Assembly (NCBI GenBank): GCA_027604505.1
Contig: JADIIX010000117.1
Span: 50,023-70,022, forward strand
From: Gonapodya sp. JEL0774
Taxonomy: Eukaryota
Direction: 5' to 3'
DNA length: 20,000 nt
Shown here in pieces: positions 1 to 10,426 of this stretch (position 1 is its first letter; each line of letters begins with the position of its first letter). The notes below the pieces were generated by a model. It worked only from the letters and a program-made list of their open reading frames with translations, did no database searches and had not been told where the DNA came from. Both the position numbers and the translations under genes were made by a program.

Positions 1-626
1 TAGGATGGTTTCTATATTTTCCTTGAAGCGGTCGGGAAACTCCATTGGTTGCTCACACACGGGAACTCAGCATCACCGGTCACCACTCACAGTTTTCCCA
101 AGCGGGACCGCATCAGGTTGTCCAACATATGCCACATGATATTTCAGAGAATCCGCTGCCGTACGAATTATGGCGACGAGGGCCAGGAAATGTATCTGGT
201 GTTGAAGTAGATGACGTTGCCTTCCACTATACAAGGCTTTCCCTCCCGATCGGCGAGGAGGCCCCTTCATGGCATTCTATTCAAAATTTACCATTGCTCC
301 CATGACAAGCGGGCCTGATTTCCCAGCCGCCGGATTTGGGACGGTGAAGATCGCGATTAGAACGTGGAAGGTCTCATGTACCACCTTGGCAAGTATGCGT
401 CGGAGGCGGAACATGGACTGTGAGGGGCGGGACGGCTGGCGCTTTGAGACCATTGTCGATATGCTGAGGCGCTCTTGTATGAAAAGCAAGGAGCTGCTCT
501 GGGCTTCATGTTGACCCACTTTTCAACAGAAGCATGAATTTCGACCCCAAGAATATCCTCTTCTGAGGAATCTATTTACTTATTCAGAGGCATGCGGTTG
601 TGACTAATACGTAATTTTATCGACAG

Positions 627-3600
627 TGATCTCTTGGAGCGAACAGACGACCACGTGGGAAGTGACTGCTGGTCAGTTATAAGAAGTCAAGTCCCTTGAT
701 TTGTTATTAAGCATGTCTGTTCTTGCATCATGCATAGTCTCCCTCCTCTGACGTGCTGTCAGTAACCTGCTTTGTAAGGCGTGGTGTGCGGAGCGGGAGC
801 ACGTTGTTACAGCTCACTTCTATTGGAAGGACTTCATCAATTCTAAAAGCGGAGCTTACAGATCTCCACCGAAGGTGAATCCATCCCTGGTCCCATGAAC
901 AACCTACGCCATTGTGTCAGGACCCCGCGACGCAGTATCTTCGATTTGTGCATTTCAAGCTTCGTTTTGTGGAAAGGTTTGGTCATGTTTATGCCTCAGC
1001 TAACTTTCTTTGCGCGCTTCGAAGCAACATTGCTAAGGTCAACGTATTCGGTGAGGTTGTCGGGGTTGGAACGGCTCTGTCCCACCGAGACCATATGCTT
1101 CAGAATGTGGAACGTCTTCTGGGGCTTTGTCCGAAGACCAGCTCAAGAACAACTTGCTCAAAAGATGGCACGGCGATAGAGCTGATCGAGAGAATCGCCC
1201 GAAACGAGAATAGTTTGAGTCTTCATGATGATTTGATGCATTTTCGAGCAATAGGTCACCTCCGCGAAAGCGCTCGAAATGCGCACTTGATCCAAGTCTC
1301 ATCTCCAAGCGACTTACCAAACATGATTCAACGAGAAGTGTGTGGGTTCAGGAGTTTCTCGCTAACAAACCCAGTCCCTTCATGTCTCCAACTTGGTTTT
1401 CCCGACTTCACCAAGCTTCCCGACACAAAAGACACAGGATTCACGAATACTGTTGTAGAGTATGATCTTGAAGAGCCGCAAATTCGGGAAAATACCCTAC
1501 CTGCAGAGCTCCGTGGTCGGCATCTCGCTGTCGTATGTAATCCGGCCTACTGCAAAGGAGACATCCTGAAATTTATAGATATCCTGATGCATTTCAGATT
1601 CCCTTATCAACCGGTTTGCACTGTCCAAATATTCTGAAGGGGGGAAACGGAACGTGGAGGCAGCCCCATGAAGTCCGCCGACAGCCACCCACACAAACCA
1701 AAAAATAATCCAGACATTCAGATTCCCAAACAGCGACCGGTCCCTGCAACATCTGACTGTTCCAAGTAGTGCAAGAAGATTTTTGGACTTTCATCGACAG
1801 GAACAGGTTGGGAAGACGGGACAGTTGGTGCACCCGGGTAAATCTGTGACCCTTTTGTTTCGTGTCAGCAAAGGGCAAAGAAAAGCATCGGTAAGAACCC
1901 CCGTTCAAAATGCAGAAATAAATCCCCTATTCCTGATTGCTGTTTCAATTTGACTGCTTAGACTCTGTGCGCCTTCAGGATATGGACACTGACCGGATTT
2001 TTTCCAACGGGGTTCAGACTGTCAAACTCGAACATCAAGTTTCACAGAAATCCGCAAGCCCGGGAAATGCTCTAGTTTCTGGCAACTCTTCAGTTTCCGC
2101 GAATGGTCAAGGCGCTCCCGGTCTTATTCTGAAGCTGAAGCAAGGGGGGCCAACCCAATCCCTGCCACAAAACGCGCCGACACAACATCCAAAACAAGAT
2201 CAACACACTACAGGAGTTCTTTTGCCCAACTCGTACCCGAAGCCAGCAACGGTCCCCGTGTCCGTTTCCCAACCCCCTTTTGCACCTCCGCCACACTCTG
2301 TGCCACAGCGGTCAGGTCCGACTCCATTCCCCACACCCGCTCCCGTCCCAAAACAACCGAAACCGCCACCACCTGAGCCCGTGCAATGGCTTCGGCTGCC
2401 ACCAGCAAATTCAACTCCACCACTGGCCACCCACCCAACTTACTATGCGGGTGACGTCATTTGGCTTGTAGATCCCACTGTGGGACAGGTGTTCTGGCCC
2501 GTCAGAGTGAGTTCACCGCGGATTCAAAGAAATACCATGCGTGTGGGGCCCGGATATATTACCCTGCTTCTCGGGTGTTGCGACTGACCACCAACCCTGC
2601 CTCATTATCTACGGTTCTTCAAATGCGTCAGGTTGCAGCCCCAGAGGAACTTCAGGGCTCCAACAACTGGCCTTGCATATCACACGAAGATCCACAGTGT
2701 ACCCGCTGCATTCTCGTGAGGAGGTTCTCGGACGGCAACTGGTGAGGGGATTTGCCACTCACAAATCGGATACACACTCTTCACTCGTGTCTGTTCATTC
2801 ACAGGTGCAAGCTCCCGCCGTCCATCGCTCCTCAACCTCTTCTTCTCCCTCCTCCTACTGCCTCCCACCGCCCATCTATGCCACATCCTCCAGAACGCGA
2901 CGATATCCGTATATTTCGAAATTTCCCGACCATGAAAAAGCTCCGCGACGGTGCCGTAAAAACGGCACGGAAATTCTGCGAGTTCCGGCTCAAGAAGCTC
3001 GCTCACGGGACCAGTGACGTTCAGTTCGACCCTAGGCAACCCTGGCGTGCGCCTGGTGCGGACGACAGTGGGTTTCCTTGGCCAAATTCGCCTGCCTTGG
3101 ATGGTACACCAGCAATCACGTCAGTTGACTACGCCACGTCGGCCCCCCCCTCGACTGCGGGGTCGCCCACACCGTCCAGCGGTGCCGGGACACCTGCAGC
3201 GTCACCAAAGATGGCCGTGGCGCAGGGTGGAGTGAGGGGTCCGGGAATCTCTTCGCAGACATCGGTGCCGAAGAATACTGGAGGAGGCTCGGTGAGCCAA
3301 TCCTACAACCCGAATCCTCCCACAGTACCAAAGCCACCTGGGGCTTCGCCGTATTCAATGGAGAATCCCGCCACTCGAGTACCACCTGCGAATGTGGTGT
3401 GGCAGCACCTCCAGGAGAACCAATCATCTTTGCCACAGAATCAACAGATTCAAATTTCCTCCTCTGCTACCGCTCCGACGAACCCACTCGCCTCTCTTCA
3501 ACCTCCAATTTCCTCCTCCGTATTTGGTCAGGGCGAGGATTCTGATATAATTGTGCAAGAGCGTCCCACCACTCCCATGCGTTCGATTTCCCTTGCGGCT

Positions 3601-5850
3601 GCTAACCTCGTCGCTCCACTGCCCGGGTCCTCCAATTCCGGCGAAACGTACCCGCAAGGGATGCCGTCCCCTGAGGTAATAGCAAGCGGCATGACAGTGC
3701 CTGCTACGAAACGCGGACGTGGCAGGCCCAGAGGAAGCAGAGGCCGAGGAGCTGGTGCTACCAGGGTGGACTCACAGGGTGGAGCATTATCGGGCGTCCA
3801 CCCGATGGCATCGGTCAACGGCGGCCCAAGGAAACGCGGACGACCGTTTGGTTCAGGACGAGGTGGGCGGAAGAAGCGAGTAAGTTTGAGGAAAAAAATC
3901 GTGGTATCTCTGTCCTTTGACGCAGCTGCCTGAATTACCCGGACGTGTGCTGTATAGGACTCGGAGGAGTCCCTTGTCTCCGAAGGTGACCTCACACCAT
4001 CCTCTGAGGGTTCCGTTTCTGCTGTTGAATCCGACAATGAGTACACACCACGCGCCCCGGGCGACACTGATTCTGTTAACGGAGAGCCGTACGCAGGTTC
4101 GTTTGGCGCTCTTCGAGAAGAGAATGGACTGTTCGTAGAAGACCAGCCTGTACGCTCAAGAAGAGGCAGGCCACGGATGAGGGGACGGGGTGGTGGGCGT
4201 GGGATCGGTCGTGGAAGAGGAAGCTATCATGTAAGGTTGAGCCTCGTACTCTTTCCACATCTTGTCTTTTCATGAGCTTCATATCAGGTCCCTTCCTCCT
4301 CGTATTCCTCCAATGGCCCTTATATTTCACCCTACCCTCAAGACTCCCCGTCGCGGTTTGACATGTCCAATGGTTCGATGGGTTTTAGCGCGAACGGGCA
4401 TTATGGGACATCAGGGTTTGGCTTTAATCCCTATGGATGGGGATTCCCACCGAACCCCTACATGCCTCAATTTCCCTTGGCGGGGAGGGGTGATGCAACT
4501 GGACCAGAGTGGCATGCAGCGGTGGACACCTTCTTGGGGGCGGCAGGATCAGCCAACGCAACTGGGTTTGGACGTACGACAGGACAAAGTTCGGGAGCGA
4601 AAGAAGTCCCAGCCAGAAAAGGGAGTCTGCCGAAAGAAAAAGGCGAGGGCGAGACAGAGGGAGCAGCTTCTGCAGAACCGAAGGGTCAAGGAACTGATGC
4701 AGATGTGGATGTGGCTATGGAAGATGTCGAACGCGATACCGCCGCGCATGCCGAACAGATTCCTGGGGTACAAGAGGTCGTCGTAGGAGGGGCAGTCTCC
4801 GTGGCCGAACAGAATGCCGGTGCTGGAGGGCTTGAAGGTGTTGCACCTCCGGATTCGGGTGGTACCGCATTGGGAGTCCACTCCGAGTACGCTCCGCAAG
4901 CGCATTGGGGTGTCGGCTACACCGGGGCGTATGGAGCAGGGTTCAATAATCAGTCTAACGGTGCCTTCCCAATGATGCCACCCGTACTACCCCGGGGAGT
5001 CAACTTATTCTCCCCGAACGATCCCCCCAACGACGACCCATCGTATGAGAACCCTACTACTGCGCACTTATCCAATCTGTCGGGTGTAATGGCGACCTTA
5101 CATTCAACTTACCAGCGAATGGCGTTCCTCGAGTCGTTGGGTGCACACGCACGCACGGCTCTCCAGGGTCTCTCCAAACTTAGGGATGAATTGGATATTT
5201 CGGAAAGACAGAACGAAACACTACGGGTAGAACGGGGGGAGTATCAGCGAAGGGTCTTCGAGCTTGAAGCGGAACTGGAGAAATTGAAGGAGGCAGCTCG
5301 TGCGAAGGGAACTTTCCAGGACGCTGACGCTGTGGAAGAGGAAGTGGGAAGTGTCCAGCCAGAGGCAACCATGGACGCCGCCTCGACTCTAGCGGGCTTG
5401 GTGGGCACAGAGCGACTTGTTAACCAAGAAGTGGACGGGGAGGGGGAGGAAGAGGACTATGACGGGAGCTATTCCGAAGGCACTTATGGTCAAAGTGACT
5501 GGCGAGGCGAATTTAGAGAAACCGCGTCTCCAGAGGTCCATGTCGCACCGCCCATGCCCCAGGTGTTGGGAAACGGTGGTGTTTCAGCATTCCGACAGGT
5601 CATCGTGCAAGCAACTCCCACCGCAGTCTCACTGCCTGCACGACAATTAACTCCACAAAGTCCAGTTACTGTTGTGAAATCTGAGGTGCTTCCTGACACA
5701 AACACACTGCCCAATGGGTCAGCTCTTGGACCCGCCAGACCACCATCTTTAGGTGGCACGGATGCAATTATGGACGAAAGAGACGGGGTCAAAGAGGAAA
5801 AGGATCCCGCAGCGGAGTGGTGGGAATCAGTCATTGGTGTAGAGGGATGA
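627..5850 (+). CDS. Large multi-exon putative chromatin-associated protein: unknown N-terminal region, PWWP-like domain, 3 AT-hooks, RGG-rich segment, coiled coil; 5' end unresolved
   Basis: Phase-consistent GT-AG joins give exons ~627-671, 763-874, 921-1613 (may hide short in-frame introns), 1714-1837, 1962-2506, 2632-2741, 2805-3879, 3958-4230 and 4288-5850 (TGA). These join track ORFs 912..1637, 1937..2587, 2461..2745, 2752..3933 and 4363..5850 into ~1,500 aa. The 3' joins (donors gtgagt 2507, gtgagg 2742, gtaagt 3880, gtaagg 4231) are strong. Joins upstream of 1962 are less certain and no start codon was identified. Confidence 0.75.
2441..3000 (+). other. PWWP-like (Royal family) domain coding region, interrupted by introns 2507-2631 and 2742-2804
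   Basis: The spliced translation YYAGDVIWLVDPTVGQVFWPVR|VAAPEEL...CILVRRFSDGNW|CKLPP...KKLRDGAVKTARKF follows the PWWP pattern (GDxVW...xWPxxV...xLVxFF.D..W.. then a C-terminal helix). The PWWP motif itself reads VFWP. Confidence 0.6.
3709..4176 (+). other. Three AT-hook motifs
   Basis: KRGRGRPRGS (3709-3738), RKRGRPFGS (3829-3855) and RRGRPR (4159-4176, in the exon after intron 3880-3957) all contain the RGRP core flanked by basic residues. Confidence 0.75.
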
Positions 5851-6228
5851 GGGTGGTAATCTATTCCTGGCTCAGCAATTCTGACTAGAGTGGAGAAGTG
5901 GATTCGCAGCGACTCATCGGTCAATACTTTCATACCTATCCAACTGAATTGTAATATATCAACGGAATCTTGTTTGGGTCTTAAGAGCTTTTTGTGAGCG
6001 ATTTGACTACTTTGTCCAGTAGTCCAAAGGTATCATGTATAGTACGTTGATTGTTTTTCAAGTACACATATGCACATTATTTTCTGAGCGAAGAGGACGT
6101 GCTCCTCTTCATGCCAAATTCTACATGCAAAGGTAACCATTGTTCACTCGCACAAACCATGTCCCACACCATTTGGCGGCATGCGGTAGCCCACAGACAA
6201 AGCAACGTACGTTAGTTCGTAATGTCCA

Positions 6229-9200
6229 TCAATAGTCCCTTCTCGTCCTTTCAACTTCCCCCGACTTTCGACTTTGGCGGTGTCCTCCTCCTCCTTCGCC
6301 GTCGTATCTGGATGATCGTTTTTCCGATCGCGGATCCGTCGATTTGCTTCGGGGCTTTTTCTTTTTTTCCTTCTCCACTGGCGAAGAGGACACTATGGGG
6401 GATGACGCGGGAGAGTACTCATCAATCCCGGGCACGGGTACTGGAAGTGCTCGGGAACTGCGTCCTTGTCCAGTTGCGGCCTTACGCTGGCGAGGCGGAG
6501 GCACGGGCGATGGGGAACCGGCGGGATAAGACTTACTGGCGGAAGTGCTGATGGGTGGTGGGAAGAAGGGGGATGAGCCAACGGGTGAGGGGAGTGGCGA
6601 GGGTTGCTGAGTGGTGATGTCCAAATGGTCGCCGAGGACAGCGGACTGGAACGACATTGGTGAGGGGCTCACACCGGCAAACACGCCGGTCCGAAATATA
6701 TAGAAAGCTCACCTCCAACCCCCGCAGCACTCTCACAACATCTGGCGTCGGAGGTGGTTCATCAGGGTACCCATCACCCGCTCCCGGCACTGACAAACCA
6801 CTATTATTTCCGTTCGGAAGCCCATTGGGACGTGATGACTGCGTGTAAGAAGATGGCGGTTGCTGCTTGTACGAGGCCTGTTGAGTGTACGGTGACTGTT
6901 GCATGTAAGGCGACTGAGTTTGATACGGTTGTTGTTGAGGTTGTTGCTGTTGCTGACTCCTTCCCTGTCCGGATTGCTGCTGCTGCTGCTGTTGTTGCTG
7001 TTGATGGTGTGGCGCTCCTTGACCACCGTACCCGTTTCGAGAACTCTTCTCCTCATAACCCATATCGTGCTGCTCGCCCCCCCACATCTCCTCCCTAACC
7101 TTTTCCCTGTATTCTGCCACAGGAACCGGATCAGGAAAACGACCGTTGACGGGGCTGGATACGATGGAGAAGGAGAGGGAAGGACGGCCTGGTTGGTCAA
7201 TTGAGGGGCGGTTAGGATGATCGAATGAGTCTGACGGCGAATTTTGTATCGGCGGAGATGCAGGTGGGTATCGGAATTGGGGGGCAGCTGAGTGGCGAGA
7301 AGGCTCAGTTAGACTTTGGGAATAGTGCTTGTTTAAACCATCCTGGCTCATGTTGTGCGGGAGGCAATCCGGTGCTCCCCATGCAACCACAACAACATAG
7401 AAACTAACCCGCATCTGCGTTTCTCTCCTGGACAATTCTCTTAAGATCCGCAATCTCCTCCCTCTGCGCCTTGACCTTTTTCTCCATATCTTGGGATTTG
7501 GCCTCCACTGACCGCTCCTTCTCCTCGAGTGAAGCCGTCTCCTTCTCCGCCGCTGCCAGACGCGCGTGGAGATTTTCCATACGTGCACGTCGATCATCTG
7601 GTGGCGATGTGGGAGCACTGGAATGCGACGCGGCAGACCAGGACGGAGAGATGTTGTCCGGAGTACCGTTCCCATTGATGAGTGTCAAGGCCGATGATGA
7701 CGCTGTGAGGGAGCGTGGGTGAATTGGGTTCGGCGAAGAAGATGCAGAGTTGTAATTGGAAGTGCTGGGCGTGATGGCGCCCACTGTGCGGGAGCGGCGT
7801 GATGGCGGAAACATGTGGGACATGGAGGCTGCGGTTGTGGGAGTGAGGTACCCATTTGCGCCACTGGGGTTTGGTGCTGCGTACGATGATATAGGACCTG
7901 GAGATTCAGAGCGATTGCGGGCAGGGCTGGGGCTGACAGAGCGGGAGAAGGCACCACTGTTTGGTCGCATGTTGTTGGAGGAGGCAGATGTTCGGGTGGG
8001 AGAGAAGGAGTTGCGAGTCGGAGAGAATGAAGTGCGTGTTGGGGAGAAAGAAGAAAAGGAATTTCGGGAAGTGCGATTGTTGGAGGGTGCGGGCATGGAG
8101 CGGTACGTTTCGAGAAGGTTGATGAAGTCCTCTGGTGCGGATTGTCGGCCGCTGAGACTCCCACCCGTGTTGGTGCGCGGCAGCGATCGAGGTTTGGGGC
8201 TTTCCATGGACCTATCGCGCTGATCGCTTGCGAATTTGTGGGCGGCGTCGAGTGACGAGTCGAGAACCGCCGCGCCGTGTTTGAGTAAAGTCGCCACGAC
8301 CTCCAGCGAGGGCTGTAGGGTCACTTCCATGTGGGTATCAATGTCGCGTTCGGGGCTGATGAGGGATACGCGAGATCCGTGCGGGTTGAAAGGGAGCGTG
8401 CCGGAGAAGAGGGCGAGGTCGAGAGCCGAAGGGAACGAGGGGTTGTGGGACCAGCGGCGGTCCCAGTCTTCTTCACGCCAGCTTGGAGAGGCATGAGATA
8501 TTTTCCAGTCGATGGGTAGGTTTGGGTCAGCGCCTTTTTGGAAAGGGAGGAGGGTTGGTTGAGACGACGTGAAAGTGTTGATCCCAGTGGAAACAACGAC
8601 AGAAACATTAACGGAGGAAAACACGACATTGTAAAAGTTATTAAAGAACCCAGCACTTCATTGTGTAGACGGTGAACTCGATCACACCTCGGAACCATCG
8701 AAAAGATCAGGTAAGATCGCGTGGTGATGATGTGCGTATGGACACAGGAGACACACAGAGAATCAAGAGTCACAAGCTCCAGAGAGTTACTACACACGGA
8801 CACAGTTCTTGGCTTCACTGAGGGCGCGCGGGGCTATCTCTGTGCTTCTTCCCGTCTTCTCTCAAGCCAAGGTCAGATATATCTCAATCCTGGGGAAAAC
8901 TCCTTATTCTTCCTTCCAGCCGCCATAATCCCACCAAATTGAAGCGGCATAATGCATCGTAGCTTGCACCAGAGGCTACTTGTTATAGCAAAGGAAATTC
9001 GGTCTGCAAGAAGCTGCAGCTCACCTGCCTCAAGGAGAAACCCGACAAGATCAGGTTTTCCCTCGCGGATTGCGATTGCCAGCGCAGACTCGGCCCAGAT
9101 GACCTCCTTCTTCCTGCCAAACATGCCCAGTTTCACCTGGAGCGTCACTCTTTTTCTCGCCTGTGGGTCTGCACCGTCCTTGATTGCAAGCTGCATCAAT

Positions 9201-9262
9201 CGCAAAGACTGCTCCTCCGTTCCCTGGATCAGCCGGCGACTTGCTTCCTCCACGGCGCTCAT
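6229..9262 (-). CDS. 784-aa protein with atypical N-terminal ankyrin-like repeats, Ser-rich linker, coiled coil and Gln/Pro-rich disordered C-terminus
   Basis: Exons 9262-9025, 8533-7409, 7287-6713 and 6645-6229 total 2355 nt (785 codons). Introns are 9024-8534 (gtgagc..aag), 7408-7288 (gttagt..ctaac..cag) and 6712-6646 (gtgagc..cag). Splicing restores the ankyrin consensus ESALAIAIREGKPDLVGFLLEAG|ADPN. Further ankyrin-like pieces are AIKDGADPQ and SALDLAL...LEVVATLLKHGA. The coiled coil reads RMENLHARLAAAEKETASLEEKERSVEAKSQDMEKKVKAQREEIADLKRIVQE. Confidence 0.85.
6974..7003 (-). repeat. Coding (CAG/CAA)10 polyglutamine tract
   Basis: The + strand reads ttg ctg ctg ctg ctg ctg ttg ttg ctg ttg, encoding Q10 in exon 3 of the ankyrin-like gene. 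Further Q-rich sequence follows. Confidence 0.9.
7989..8070 (-). repeat. Coding 21-nt imperfect tandem repeat (SFSPTR[T/N] x3)
   Basis: Exon 2 of the ankyrin-like gene translates here as RNSFSSFSPTRTSFSPTRNSFSPTRT. Confidence 0.75.
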
Positions 9263-10426
9263 TTTTCAAGTGGTATCGGCGCTCAATCCTCGAAACGCAA
9301 AGTTATATTTTTATGGTTTGAACTTTCAGGGGGGATAACAGCAGTACAAGTGAACTCAAGGGGCCGCCCCACCCCAACAACATATCCGCCTTTTCACCCA
9401 CCTTTCACCTGCCTCCAAAAAGCTGTCGCCCTGTCACCAAACCGCCGCTGCGCATTCGCTTTTTCGGACGAGCTCGCGAAATCGATGGTGGAATTTTCTG
9501 ATCTTTTATTATTATATGTTTCCCTTCAGTTGCAATAATGAGCGCCTCACAGCGGGCCTCGGAGAAAGTTCCCATTCCCAATCTGTTCTCGTGAGGCCAC
9601 GCCCCCACTCTCATGGCTGGTGAAAAGTACATTCTCAAATGTTTCCTGCTTGTCATATTCTCACGAGAAAGCGAGCAGACTGTTTCGTAGAGGTGTTTGA
9701 CTTCCCGTTCCCTTCTCCTCCCCCTTTCCCTTATCTTTCCAGGAATAAGTTCATACTCTTACTCGCATACAGAACCGCTTTGGTGTTACCCCGCTCAAGG
9801 ATCAGGAATGTTTTGGGTTGGGTGACTGGGCTCTGTCCGTGACTGCCCCCCTCAAACAATTCCGATCGGCGATTTAATAAAGAGACACCTCCAACAACAA
9901 GGAAACATATTCCAAACCGTCTAAATATAAGTCCGTGCATTTTACAAGTAGGTCATAGCAATGCATCTCTCTTTAGGAGAATCATGCCCCCCAATGCTGA
10001 GTGTGGGGGGAGCATTATTATGTCGCAGAGGCATGAAACGTTCTTCCAATAACTAATTTGATGTTATTTTGAGGGTTATATGATTCGGATGTTGTTGTGA
10101 ATCAATAGTGGGGCCTCGAAAATGTGAGGGCCGAGGGGCCGTGCGCTGAGTCCACGTATGATATCACATCAGAGTAGTCTGGTGCGGCAGATCTGTACGA
10201 GTGCTAGGAAGATAACTTTTTGATATTGGGTTGTCGTATCTTGCACTGTACGCCGGTCTCTGCACCTGGAGCGTGAGTGCTGCCGAACGAGCCTAACATC
10301 AGAGGGAAACTACAGAAAACGACTCTGTCAAATTGTGACAAGCATAGGTATACAAGATATTTGCTCCTCCTTGTCAGTCGTGCTGACTTAAGTAATTGTC
10401 CTTTCTCAAAGAACCTGCCATGCGAG

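Noticed and set aside
1..626. Short ORFs 45..305, 269..514, 73..270 and 277..519
   Set aside because: They may be upstream exons of the PWWP-like gene or part of another gene, but I could not build a phase-consistent model.
6533..7675. 380-aa ORF as an independent gene overlapping ORF 7404..8624
   Set aside because: Only 7287-6713 is a plausible exon. The rest is off-frame overlap and intron.
8718..8828. Box C/D snoRNA-like motif pair on the + strand (GTGATGA 8724-8730, CTGA 8818-8821)
   Set aside because: It is antisense to the host intron, the terminal stem geometry is poor, and no convincing rRNA guide was recognised.
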